A stretch of DNA of 63,235 bases, filler included, from Rozella allomycis CSF55 (lineage: Eukaryota), in NCBI GenBank assembly GCA_000442015.1. It is 9 parts of 9 records of this genome, joined end to end, with 100 filler letters (N's around TTAATTAATTAA, not from the genome) between each part and the next. Parts side by side here need not be neighbours in the genome. Positions count along the whole stretch, not along the records: positions 13,146 to 22,681 come from KE561081.1; positions 22,782 to 25,029 come from KE561082.1; 7 more parts are not named here. One strand, written 5' to 3'. Each line of letters starts with the position of its first letter. Position 1 is the stretch's first letter. Below, one piece after another: positions 13,046 to 25,129 of the stretch. A program made the translations under genes and the position numbers. A model generated the notes under the pieces. That model was not told the origin of the DNA. It saw only the letters and a program-made list of their open reading frames with translations, and did no database searches.

Positions 13046-13145
13046 NNNNNNNNNNNNNNNNNNNNNNNNNNNNNNNNNNNNNNNNNNNNTTAATTAATTA
13101 ANNNNNNNNNNNNNNNNNNNNNNNNNNNNNNNNNNNNNNNNNNNN
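13046..13145. other. Artificial contig linker (44 N + TTAATTAATTAA + 44 N); identical linkers at 22682, 25030, 29700, 46738, 53319, 55042 and 57692
   Basis: Eight identical 100-nt spacers containing a six-frame stop sequence. Confidence 0.97.
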
Positions 13146-13290
13146 GGGAAACCACTCGTCAAAATCACCGTGGAATCGAACCCTCCATTAAATTTCCAAG
13201 AAATTAAGCTGGATAAACCGCATCCGCTGGAATGAAACACGGGATTACATGACCAAAAGTTTTTAAAATGCCAGATTACAATTACATCAC
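13146..13290 (-). repeat. tRNA-derived (SINE-like) repeat, copy 2
   Basis: GGGAAACCACTCGTCAAAATCACC...ATCGAACC...AAACCGCATCCGCTGGAAT aligns with 12391-12490. Confidence 0.55.
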
Positions 13291-13764
13291 CCGATCCTAT
13301 TTTTTAAATTACATAAACGTTTTTGTAAAATAGAAAAAAAGTTGAATAAGTAGTTTATCTGGTCTTACAATTGTATTTCCAAAATAAATTTTCTTTAGAG
13401 TAGTTTATGTTTTTTAAAAACGTTAACATATATTATTTAAGTGTTTATGCCAGTCTTCTCAGAATCATTGATGAATTCCTTTGCTAATGTAAAACTTATC
13501 GTTAATCTGAGCCTGCTGTAGCCTCTATACCACATTAGTTTCGATATTTTGCACGTTGGACACTGCATGCGCGATACTTTTAAGGAAAGCCAAAGAATCT
13601 AAGTCCATTCCTCCAGTTGATTCCCTACAGAAAGGGAAAAATATCAAACCTCTGGCCTCACACTTGTCAAATATATCTTCAAATGTTTGTAATTCCCCTA
13701 GCCCCCAATTAAAATAGAAATCGAAATTTCATTCAATTCAATTCAAATCCATATTTAATTTAGT

Positions 13765-14055
13765 TTATTTAATTTGATTAGTAAATCCAAAAATATATGT
13801 TCTGAAAAACTTGGCAACGACATAAAAGCCAAGGCCCTGGAAAATTCCTTTAACCATGTTCTTGAATGTTATTGTAGAAAGCTCCTTTAATACGCGCGTC
13901 CATGGAACTTCATCTACATGAGAAAGTTTTGAAACATCGAAATAATCTTCAGTATCATTTTTGAGGCTGGGTGTATTTAAAGGATTGTTTTCAACTTCCT
14001 CTGGATAGGTTTCTGAAATTTCTTCAAAGTGTTCATCTTCTCCGAATATAGCCAT
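13765..14055 (-). CDS. Small acidic protein with a C-terminal Gly-containing hydrophobic helix (possibly Mim1/Tom13-like)
   Basis: 96-aa ORF from ATG 14055; segment NMVKGIFQGLGFYVVAKFF loosely resembles Mim1. Confidence 0.35.
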   Translation of the reverse strand: MAIFGEDEHFEEISETYPEEVENNPLNTPSLKNDTEDYFDVSKLSHVDEVPWTRVLKELSTITFKNMVKGIFQGLGFYVVAKFFRTYIFGFTNQIK

Positions 14056-14557
14056 TCTATATGAATGAGGGAGGGCTCTTTTTATGCTTTGCATAGGAAA
14101 GTTTACGGCGAAGCCACTTACAAACTTGGTCTTAGGTAGCAATAGCATCAATTCAGTTAATACAAGATCTGCTTAGTAAGATGAAATGGACAAAAGCAAT
14201 AAAGATTAATGAATTTTTGAGACTCTTAAATTCAAACTCGATTACAAAAGGTATCAAAGATAGAAATGACAAAGAATGTAAAAGAGATGTGAACAAATCA
14301 AGCTATCAAATAATGAAATTGATTAATATAATGAGGTTAGATAGCGTGCCTACAAGAAACTTGAAGAGTTGTACAATGTAAATTAAGGGGATCATTGTCA
14401 ACTGGCCTCTGCCTCTGACTCTTTTAATAGCGTAAAAGTGATTAAGTAAAGAAATTAATATAAAATTTCAAATAACCCGGTTTAGTCTATTGTTTATGAA
14501 TATCATGTAACAATAGATTTAAAAATGAAGTTTAAGGAATTAAATATAGCATTGAAT

Positions 14558-16729
14558 TTATTTTCTATCAATGACTTTTCTTTTATGCTCAAATTCTTTC
14601 TTTACGTATTCTTGTCCTGGTTTCTTAGACGACATTGTTCGCTGTTCCATTTGCTGCTCCCAGACTAGAGCTTGACTTTCAACTTGATGAAGCTTTATGC
14701 TTTCATAGTCATTGTCTACAGTGATATATTTTTTCTTTTGTTCTGTTTTAACATTTTTCAAAGAAGGATGAAGTTTCCTCACTGTGGATTCTTTAAACGG
14801 AGGGCTTGATTTATTTTTATTTTCTTTAGACTTTTCTTTTACTTTTTTATTATTTTCAATTGTTATTTTGCTGTTAATGTTTGATAAAGAGCTTTGGGAT
14901 GAGAGAATAACCTTTTTAGATGCTTCAAGGTTTAATTGAGGGAGTTTCTTTTTTAATTTGCGTTCATTGTTTTTTATTTTCATTTCATCGTAAAATGGTA
15001 ATTCATCAAAGGGAATAAAATTCTTATTTTCTTTTTCTGATTTCTTTTTCACGACTTGTAAGAGAAATGCAGATGAATGTTGACATTTATCAGAGAGCTT
15101 AAATTCATCGTTATTTAATTTTAATATTTTGTTTGCTTCTTGTTCAATATGGGCGGGCAGTTCATTCTTCTTGGGTTCAAACCCTGGTAATTGAGAAAGG
15201 TTAATTTCCCTATTTAAAAGATCTGAAATGTTTTTCAAATGCCTTAATTCTACTAATTTAGTTTTCACGAATCCAATTTTCTCCATGATTGGTTCTTTAT
15301 TGACAAATGTAATAGACATGCCAGGTTTTCCAAGTCTTCCACATCTACCTATGGAACATTAACACATCGATTGATTACCTACTTGATGAATGTATTCTTC
15401 ACCAAGGTAATGAGGATCTAAAATTACAGAATGAGTTAAATTTGGGATGTCCACACCTCTAGACAAAAGATCTGTGCCAATTAAGACCTGTGAGATTTCT
15501 TTAAATTATTTTACATCCAGTTTTCCTTGTCTCATTTGATCGACTAGATAATTTCTTCTTTTCAATGGAACGTTTTTATGATGGCTAGCTGCTTTAACTT
15601 TCATCTTTTTCAATGTAGAGGCTAAATAGTCAGCCTTCGTCGAAGAACGCACAAAAATAACAACTTTTTTATTCTCGAAATCAAATAAACTATTTTTTAC
15701 TTTTAATGAAAATTTTTCTTCTTCATTTAAAGAAAAAAGAAATTTCAACGCCTCAAATTTATTGTCTTCGGTGATGCTGAAGAAATGTTGTTGTATGTTC
15801 TTTGGAATCTCCATTTTAGCATTCAAATCAAGCAAAACGTGCGATGGCGATAAATTTATAACAAAATCGTGGACTGATTGAACTAATGTGGCACTCACAG
15901 ACACAGTAACGTAATCCTTTTTAGATTTGCCTATAGAATTCATCAAACTAGTCAAATTTCTAACAAGAGGCAAAAACCCTAGATTGAGCATTCTGTCACA
16001 CTCATCCACAACAAAATATCGGAGATTCATGCTATTTAGGACAGCGTGCCTCTTTATGTCAAATTTAATGTCAATCTCATCTTCAATGTTTTTGCTTGCT
16101 TCCATGCTATTCATTATTTGATACGTTAATAGGAAATGCTGATACAATTTCACGGGTGTTCCAATCACAACTCTATGATCCTTGAATTTTGCAAAATTTA
16201 ACAACTAAGAATTCAAAAAATATAATTAAGGTACGTCAGTTCTCATAGATGAATCTTTAGTCAACACTATAGATCTCAACCATTCATTCCCAACCGTCAA
16301 CTTTTGAAATTCATTGTGCACTTGTTTGCACAAATCATTGGTAGGAACTAATAAAATAGCATCGGGATTATATATTTTTAATTTTTCTTTGCTAATTTCT
16401 TCTTCAGTCACTAACTCTGGTAATGTTTGTTTCGCCTCGACCAGTTTTTGAATCGTGGGAATCAGATATGCCCCCGTCTTACCAGTCCCTGCAGCAGCAG
16501 ATACTATGCAATTATGGTTACATAAAACTGAAGGAATCAAATTTAATTGGACTTCTGTAGGCTTTCTCCAACCCATGCTACTAATGGCTTCATTCAATTT
16601 GGACTCCAACTCAAACTGGCAAAATCCTTTCTTTGGATCCAAGTTATACTTTGAAAGTACATCCTGAGTGAGAAGTCCTTCATGTACTATTGAATAGCTT
16701 CTTCTAAACACTCTAGTGAACTTTAACAT
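14558..16729 (-). CDS. DEAD-box RNA helicase, probably mitochondrial (multi-exon)
   Basis: Q motif (GWRKPTEVQ), AAGTGKT, PTNDL, GTP, DECD, SAT, TDLLSRGVD and YIHQVGRCGR; Arg-rich N-terminus MLKFTRVFRRSYS; basic C-terminal tail; short introns. Confidence 0.9.
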
Positions 16730-16884
16730 CAACTGTGGCTCAACAGCACAAAATAACCTTATTTGGAACAAATAAAGGACAAAAATTGTATTATAAAATA
16801 TGGCTTAAAATTAAATTGTTGTGACGGTTAAATTGTACCCCGTATCAAAAAATTTGAACGTTGCTAAGATCAACCACACACCAA

Positions 16885-17877
16885 ATGCCAGAATCTCCAA
16901 TTAACAAAAATGCTTATTGGTTCGACAACGATCAAAAAGCCCAAAAGAAAGGACCACACTCAACATATTATTGTATTAATGGTGACAAATACATCGGTGA
17001 ATGGAACGACAACTTAAAGCATGGTAATATTCGCCTCACAAGGAAATAGGGCGCGGGGTTTATTATAATATTAAAAATGGATGTGTTTATCAAGGAGAAT
17101 GGAAATTCGATCATCGTGATGGCTTTGGAACTCTATCAACAACTATAAAGAACAATTCCACTATAGTTGGCGAAGATCCAGTTCTTGAAATGTTTGAAAA
17201 ACTTAAAAAAGATATAGGAACAGACATATCTGCAGCAACATTGAAAAAAGTCTACGCGGGGCAATGGAAAGCCGGAAAAAGAAATGGCTACGGAACATCA
17301 TTTGAAGATGATGGAAGCACTTATGAAGGGCAATGGGTGCAAAATAAGAAGTGCGGATGGGGTGTTGCATACTACGCAGATGGTAGCCGGTATGAAGGTG
17401 AATGGTCCAATAGCCTTCGTCAAGGCCAAGGCGTATTAATTTTACGTAAAAAGAACAAATTGATAAGATAGCTAATGGCGATAGATATGAAGGAATGTGG
17501 TTTAATGATGTTAAAGAAGGACCAGGAAAGTTTATTTACAAGGATAAGAGACGCATAATGCAAGGCGAATGGGCAAAGGGTATGCCAAAATGCGGAACTA
17601 TTATTGACTTACCGCCATCCAAGCGCCAAGATTCAGATTTAGATGAAGATATTTACTATATTCCAAAGGTAAACCGAGAACTGCACATTCAAAGATTGGC
17701 CTAAAGTATCCTGATAAGATACTAGCGGATAGGAGAAGTGAAGTAATTCAAGACAGAATAGAGCGCATATGGAAATCAAAGAACGAAAACGCGGATGAAA
17801 ATAACAAAGTGATAGACAGCATTGATAGCCACAAAATGCACAAAAAAATATATCACTTCCATAGCCTTGAAGCCTAA
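16885..17877 (+). CDS. MORN3: MORN repeat-containing protein 3 (flagellar/axonemal), multi-exon
   Basis: KAQKKG..NGDKYIGEW..NLKHG start, repeated YEGxW MORN units and GEWAKGMPKCG; short introns (e.g. 17669-17694). Confidence 0.8.
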
Positions 17878-17908
17878 GATATAAATAAACAAAAGTCATT
17901 TAATTATT

Positions 17909-18804
17909 TCAGCGGCGTCTAATTGGACTTCTTGATCTTCCACGACGAGGAGAACGATCTCTTGCAGGAGAACGAGAAATTGAGCGACCCCTAGAGCGTG
18001 AGCGTGAACGTGAAGATGAATATTTTCTTTTATATGGAGATCTTGATCTAGATCGATATCTTGTTCCAGGTGAACTTGAGCGTCTTCTTTTAACAGGGCT
18101 GCGCGATCTGCGACGAACGGGAGATCTGCTTCGACTTCTAGAATATCGGCGTCCACTGCCGATATATCTATCCGCACCTCTTCTCACAATAGTTGGGCGA
18201 CGAGTATTTGGCTTTGAATAAGAACCACGTACATCACGGCGTTCAATGTTCTTAGTAAATGGGACCGCTACCTTGCACTCTAATACGTTACCATCGAGTT
18301 GTCCCTTTCTAGCACACACACAATTTTTTACCCCATTCATATATTTAATAGCCTTATCAACTTCATCTTGTGATGAAAATTCAATGTATGCTGACCCTCT
18401 TGAAATACCAGCTTCATAAATACAGTCAAAATCTATTACATTCTTTATAAACAGGAATAAAAACGGACGCAATAGTGCCATAAACTCCGAATATTTCTTT
18501 AAGATGGTCTTGAGTGACGTTCCTAGAAAGGCAATAAACGGCAAGCTTGTATGAGGGTGGAGGAACCGGAGATTTGCTTCGTTCACGCTTACGATACCTA
18601 GGTGACCTACTTCTTGATCTAGATGTAGAGTATGAGGAGGAACGTGAATAACTACGATTGCGGCGTCTACTTCTAGAAACTGAACGTCCTCGACTAACTG
18701 AGCGAGAATACGCACTGAATAAAGCAAAAAATATTTTTTCACCTGCTAGAACTTGAGAGAGAGCGACGACGACTTCGGTGTCTTGAAATAGAACGGTTAG
18801 GCAT
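17909..18804 (-). CDS. RNPS1: RNPS1-like SR/RRM splicing-EJC protein (multi-exon)
   Basis: RS-rich N- and C-termini around an RRM (RNVTQDHLKEIF..YG; SRGSAYIEF; AIKYMNG..QLDGN). Confidence 0.75.
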
Positions 18805-19043
18805 AATGTTTAAGGAAATTTCATCAATTCAAATAAAGAAAAATAACAATTTTTTTAAAAGTACTGCAAATTTGAGCTATTATTCATTAATTATTTAATG
18901 GAAACAGAAACATCAAATAGGATTGATTGGCAAAAGTTAAATGCAAGAACTCATGTTCAAGAAATGTCATTATCGGTAACAGTGAATGTGCTTAAACTAT
19001 AATGCTTTAATTTATTTTTTGACTAGAAGTATCCTCTATATGT

Positions 19044-19928
19044 CTAGTTATATAGTGGTTTGGAGTAGAATGTTTTTGGGTAGTTTAATTGAACTTCATG
19101 TTGTAGCAGTTCAATGTTCACGGCTCTGAAGAATTCTTTTGTTAAGGAATCCATTCCATAAGATACTGAATAAACAACCCTTTTAATACCAACTTGAGCA
19201 ATCTTTTTAGCACAACCGATACATGGGCATGTGTTGCAATAAATGGTCCCACCATTCGCTCTGTCTCTTCCAGCTTCGAGTAAAGCATTTTCTTCTGCGT
19301 GAAGGCAAAAGCATTCATCAAGTTTCTGACCACATTTTACATCTGCATCGTTGCATCTTGCACAATAACCATCCAAGCAATTGGGATAATATCTTGGCGT
19401 ACCATTGTAACCAGTGGCCATAATGATCGAATTTTTGACAAGAACAGCACCTACTCTTCTTTTCATACAATTAGATCTATGTGAGGCTAACTCAGCCAAT
19501 TGCATGAAGTAAGAATCCCATGGTGGCCTAATCCATTTTGGATCCAAAATGTCAATACTATCAATACATGTCCATAGATCTTCTAAACTTCCATTATTCA
19601 CTACGATAACTTGACAAGAAGACAAAATGGATCCCCAAGGTGTTTCATCATTCAGGATGTTATTCGCATTGTGCTCCACTCTTTTCATCCTTAAATTTAA
19701 AGGAGATTCAACGCCCAAGGACACAAAGAAAGGTCTTTTCTTAAACTTTGGTATTTGTTCGATTGGGTTATCTATTCTAAACGCCATGTTTCTTTGCCAG
19801 TTTCGGGTTACATATTCTAAATTTATTTTCTCTTTGGAAATAATATTAAATGATAACTTATCCTCCAAATATTCAAGAACCGTATTTTTTCCTGAATGTG
19901 AAGGGCCACACACCCCGATTAAAACCAT
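19044..19928 (-). CDS. DCD1: dCMP deaminase (fungal type with N-terminal P-loop-like domain)
   Basis: RPPWDSYFM..A..RSNCMKRRVGA, TGYNG, HAEENA and PCxxC zinc motifs; N-terminal GVCGPSHSGK. Confidence 0.95.
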   Translation of the reverse strand: MVLIGVCGPSHSGKNTVLEYLEDKLSFNIISKEKINLEYVTRNWQRNMAFRIDNPIEQIPKFKKRPFFVSLGVESPLNLRMKRVEHNANNILNDETPWGSILSSCQVIVVNNGSLEDLWTCIDSIDILDPKWIRPPWDSYFMQLAELASHRSNCMKRRVGAVLVKNSIIMATGYNGTPRYYPNCLDGYCARCNDADVKCGQKLDECFCLHAEENALLEAGRDRANGGTIYCNTCPCIGCAKKIAQVGIKRVVYSVSYGMDSLTKEFFRAVNIELLQHEVQLNYPKTFYSKPLYN

Positions 19929-19988
19929 TCAGTAAAATTGGGGAAACAAGGGCATGGAGAAGGAAAAATAAATGATTTATTCAAATGC

Positions 19989-21173
19989 TTATTTGGATCT
20001 TTTATATATTCGATCTGCAAACTTTGTAAAAATTTCTTTAGGGATCCCATTCTCTTCATTGACCAATGTTTGAATTTTCTCCTTTATGAATTGAAAAGAC
20101 TTTTCTTCGAACTCTTTAAATATAGTTGGAACATTGAGGTCTCTATAAATTTGTTTAACTTTTGCTACTTTATCAACATCCTGACTGCCATAGTTTTCCT
20201 ATAACAATAAATTTGCAATAGTTACGAAAAGAATGCTCTTTTGCTTTTCATTCGCCACCTCCAGCGCTTTGACAATAAGCCAAGAACATTTATTCTCTTG
20301 AATGTCTGTTCCAACTTTCCCAATAACTTTTGGATCACCAAAACAATCCAAATAGTCGTCCTTGGAAAATAATAAAACGATAAACTACTTGAATTTGAAA
20401 ATATTCGCCAAGAGGGAGAAGAATCGCTTTCGCCACAGAGTCATTTGTTTCGTTAATCAAACCGGCCTAATTTAATCTCTGTCGTAAATTTACATAAATT
20501 AAAGCCAACTTTATTGGCAAATAGAACGAATAATATGAGGTCTTATAAGTCACAATATCCGTGTAACGTTTCATATCAAAATTCTCAAATTTCTTGGAAT
20601 TCAACGATGTCTGCATGTCGAGAAGTTGTCCCAGGATTGTTGAATACGAAATACCATCGAAAATTTCAAAAAGGTCGATGTATTTTGGATGATTTCTGAA
20701 TCTTTTTCTTAAAATGAGTTTAATGCTTGTGTATAAAAGATATGAATCATTTATAGCAGTCAGTCCTACTCCGTCTACTTTATACCAGCAAGGTTGCCCT
20801 CTCCTCGTCTCTGAAGAGTCCATTACATCGTCTGCAACCAAAAAACTTGCTTGCATCTTTGTCAAGACATTGAAAATTGTTACGATTTCAATTAACCATC
20901 CTAATATGCACGCTTCAACAAGCTCGTCTTGTGAAGCATGGGGCCTAAGCTGGGAAAAAACATTTAGCACTGAAAGGCCCCTATTCATTTTACCTAGATT
21001 TTATATATGCGCTGAAAAGAATACCTCCCAATACCGTATAATCAAATAGCTAGATTGACATGTCACAATTTGGTTACTTTTTCAACCCAGATGTTTACAA
21101 ACTCGGGGAGTTCCTTGGAATATTCTAATATATCCTCTTTTATTAAAGGATAAACTGACATAAACAAATCCAT
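19989..21173 (-). CDS. ERG20: Farnesyl pyrophosphate synthase (multi-exon)
   Basis: [54 protein letters not shown]-terminus IYKRSK. Confidence 0.95.
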
Positions 21174-21374
21174 TCTTGATTTCTTAATAAGGCTTATTCA
21201 GAAATTTGCTAATCATGATGATCTTTTAAATATTTTACAGTAAATAATTACGCTTTAATATTTATTAAAAAAAAAAAATATTCAAAAAGATCTATTAAAT
21301 TGAATTCTACTCATGATCCGAAAACAATTCTGGTGATGAATCTAGTAGCATTAGAAAAATTCGGAAACCTTAAA

Positions 21375-22419
21375 ATGGAAGAGACGAAAGGTATTTTGAA
21401 AGAGATGGGATTTGATGATTTTCTAATGTAAGAACTTAAGAATTATTCAGAAATAGTGATAAAGCTATTGAATCTAATGGTCCTAGCGTGTCTATTGAGG
21501 CTGCTGTACAATGGATTGAAGTCAATCAAGAAAAGCTGGCTGAAGGTGACACAAATGAACAAAAGGATAGTATTGACGATTCACAAGCCAAATCCATCAG
21601 ATGTGATGAATGTGGAAAACATTTTAAGAATCAAGACCACGCAGAATTCCATGCCGCAAAATCAGGACACTCTAATTTTTCCATGTCTACTGACGAAGTA
21701 AAACCAATGTCAGAAGAGGAAAAATCAGAGAAATTAAAAGAATTGCAAGAGAAATTGGCGTTAAAAAGAGAAAAACAAAGACTGTTAGACTTGGAGGCAA
21801 AGAAGCAAAATGAGCAAATAAGGCGAAAAGCTGGCAAAGAAATGACAGAGTTTAAAGAAAAGCAAGCTTTAAAAGACATGGAGAAGTTAGCAGAGGAAAA
21901 GAAAAAGGAAAAGAATGAGGACAAATTGCAAAGGGAGCGAATAAAAGCACAAATTGAAGCTGACAGGTTGGAAAGAAAGAGAAAAGTAATTTTAGTTATT
22001 TAGATTGTTAGGATGAAGAAAGAAAAGCTATTCTTGCAGGGAAGCCTACTGAATCATCTTCCTCTAAAAGTAAGGTTGATCTGTCAGGGTTTGCATCATC
22101 AAAGACTTTGAGTGATACAGTGAGAATTCAAGTAAAGTAGTAATCCTTCAGTGACGCTTAGGTTCGATTTATGGATGGTGTAGCCCCATTAACTATTTCA
22201 TTAAACAAGAATTCGTTGCTGCAAGAAATATTTGAAGCTGTTCAAGTTCACAGAACTAAAAATGGAAAACTACCCAACGTAGATTACAAATTGAGCACTG
22301 CACTACCAAAGTAACATCTATTCCATTCTTAATAAAGACGCACTTTCGATCATTCACAAACTAGAAGCACTTTGTTCGATGTTGGTTTTCCTTCGTCAAT
22401 TGTTTTATTCTATTCGTAG
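21375..22419 (+). CDS. UBA - C2H2 zinc finger - coiled coil - UBX protein (UBXN1-like Cdc48 cofactor)
   Basis: EMGF UBA motif, CDECGK..AEFHAAKSGH..F finger, ERIKAQIEADRLER coil, C-terminal RIQVR..DG ... VGFPSS UBX-like region. Confidence 0.8.
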
Positions 22420-22781
22420 AATTCAAAAATAATTCAATTTAAAAATAAAAGTTTAATTCTTTATTTCTTTTGTAGCTCCTTCCGTTTTGGTTTTCAAGTT
22501 AACGGTGGNCGTAGAATTCAAAAATAATTCAATTTAAAAATAAAAGGTTAATTCTTTATTTCTTTTGTAGCTCCTTCCGTTTTGGTTTTCAAGTTAACGG
22601 TGGTTCTTGAGTTAAGTAAAGAACTTCCGAGTTTAGATGACTTATTGACGTTCTGTAACGCAAGTTAATAATAATTACCTTNNNNNNNNNNNNNNNNNNN
22701 NNNNNNNNNNNNNNNNNNNNNNNNNTTAATTAATTAANNNNNNNNNNNNNNNNNNNNNNNNNNNNNNNNNNNNNNNNNNNN

Positions 22782-25009
22782 CCAGTTTGTCTCCCTCTTG
22801 AGTTTCTACATTTAGCAATTTCCAACTCAGATGCGGATAAAGATGAATGTTGAAGAGGAGCCAAGGAATCTTCCAAATTTGAAAGTAAAGGCTGATTCTG
22901 GGAAAAAACATCGATTTTCAAAGGTAGATTCAATTCAACTTTTGATTTAGATATAGATGTAGATGTCTGTTGAAGAGGAGCCATGGAATCTTCCAAATTT
23001 GAAAGGATAGGTTGATTCTGAGAAGGAACATCGATTTCCAAAGGTAGATTCAATTCAATTTTGGATTTAGATAAAGATTTATATGGATGTTGAAAAGCAG
23101 CCATAGAATTTCTGGAGTGTTTATGAATAGATTGATTCTGGGATTGATCATCGTTTGCTTCATACGATTCCCGACATAAATCGACCACAGGTAAGTTCAT
23201 ATTTGAAATTAATTTAGATTGAAATACATTTAAAGGAGTCTCTTTAGAGTGAGATAAATGTTGAAGAGGATCCACAAAATTTTCCAAACTTGTATAGACG
23301 GGTTGACTTCGGGAACCATCGTTTGTCAAAGGTAGATTCATTTCAATATTTGATTTAGATGAGTATAAAGATGGATTGATAAGAGGAGCCAAGGAATCTT
23401 CCAAATTTGAGAGGACTGGTTGATTCTCGGAAAAGACATCGTTTTGTAAAGGTAGATTCATTCCAATTTTTGATTTGGATATAGATTTCGATGGAAGTTG
23501 AAGAGGAGCCATGGAATCTTCCAAAATTGAAAGGATAGATTGATTCTGATTATTAACAACTTTCGCAACAGATGATGATTGAGTGCAGTCGACCATAGGT
23601 AAGTTCATTTTTGGAATTAATTTAGATTTAGATAGATGCGAAAGAGTTTCATAAGAGTGAAATGGATGTTGAAGAGGATCCATGTAATTTTCCAAATTTG
23701 TTTGAGAAACAAAAAGTTCTTCTCCTGGAGAGTAATCATTTTCCAACTCGTGTTTGTAGTCATCTTGTATCTCGTTGCCAGAAAGCTTCTGTCCAGGAAT
23801 ATTAAAGCACATATTTCCATTGTTTCCATCCCTTTCAATTTGCATTGAAAATATTTTATTTTTAAATAAATTTGTTTGTTCGAGGTTCATTTTATTCTCT
23901 TTGCCTGTCGTGTTGAGTCCAAAAGGAAATTGGCTGAGCCATTTGTTTTGGTTGTCATGATTAAGAGAAGATTGAAGTAAGACCCTTTCATCCTTTAATT
24001 TAGGTTCACGATGTAACATTTTTGAGATTAAAGAACATGGAATTTCTTCCAGCTCGAGACGATCATTTTTGGTGTCTCCAGGGATCAAGGGGGAAAAACA
24101 TGAGGAGAAACCCGAAGATGGTACTTCCAACTTATTCTCTGATTTAGATATAGATTTTCCAGAAGGTATGCCAGAAGATTTTGATGGATTCGATATGTAA
24201 CCTGTTAAAGTATCCGGTTTTGTGATGGATTTGGAATCCATATAAGAGAAAGTATGAGACGGCTCGTAAGAGTTGTTTCTTTCCTTTTGTTTACCCGGTA
24301 AGTTCAAGTCATGTTTATTATTAGTAGACGAAAGGTTAGAGTGAGAAGATTGAAACTTCTTGGAAGGGGTAAGAACATTACAAGACTTTCCTTTTGAGGT
24401 GTTCTCATCCGAAATAGAAATAGGTAAGTCTTTGTTGGATTTAAAAACATTTTTGAAATAGTTTAAAATAGATTTAGAAGAGTTAGAAGATTTAGACTTA
24501 AAATTCTTTTTGCGTATAGACCGAAGAGGTTTCTGTTTTATAGGCTTAGAAGATGAAGAAAGTTTGGAAATTGATGTTAAACTTATTAAAGATGATGTTG
24601 AAGTTGAAGCATCGACTTGATAAGGTAATAATTGATTATTAGTTAGTTTTAAATTAGATATAGATGTGGAATTAGAAATAGAAGATGGACAAGGAAGATC
24701 AATCAACATTACCCCATCAAGATCCGATGAAGATAGAGATGAAGGACAAAGAATTGGTGAGTCTGAAGCTCGTAAGTTAGAAATTTTAGAATTAACATTA
24801 GATTGATTTAAATTAATAGAAGGAAGAGAAGAAACAGAAGGACTATGCAAGACATCTTTTTCCCCAAGTAAGTTTATATCATTATCATCATTTAGATTAA
24901 CATTATCACTTAATAAATTTTCATTCTCATCGACAAATTCATCATTTTCAACATCTTCGACAAAGTTTCCCAATGGATCAGAACCAAACGTGGACTTGAA
25001 GTAGTCCAT
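22782..25009 (-). CDS. Intronless Ser-rich hypothetical protein with ~40-aa degenerate tandem repeats; 3' end truncated by gap
   Basis: More than 740 open codons; repeated SKSKxxxNLP...NQPILSNLEDSMAPLQ with ~120-bp periodicity (22860-23700). Confidence 0.65.
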
Positions 25010-25129
25010 ATGTTGGTTAATGTTTCTATNNNNNNNNNNNNNNNNNNNNNNNNNNNNNNNNNNNNNNNNNNNNTTAATTAATTAANNNNNNNNNNNNNNN
25101 NNNNNNNNNNNNNNNNNNNNNNNNNNNNN

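Noticed and set aside
13438-13720. Possible small spliced gene on the minus strand (..ELQTFEDIFDKCEAR..MDLDSLAFLKSIAHAV..)
   Set aside because: No start codon or family could be fixed with confidence.
22415-22605. ~95-bp direct duplication; similar short duplications around single Ns at 32220, 33209, 48845 and 53784
   Set aside because: Each is associated with a single N join, typical of unmerged contig overlaps or allelic variants.
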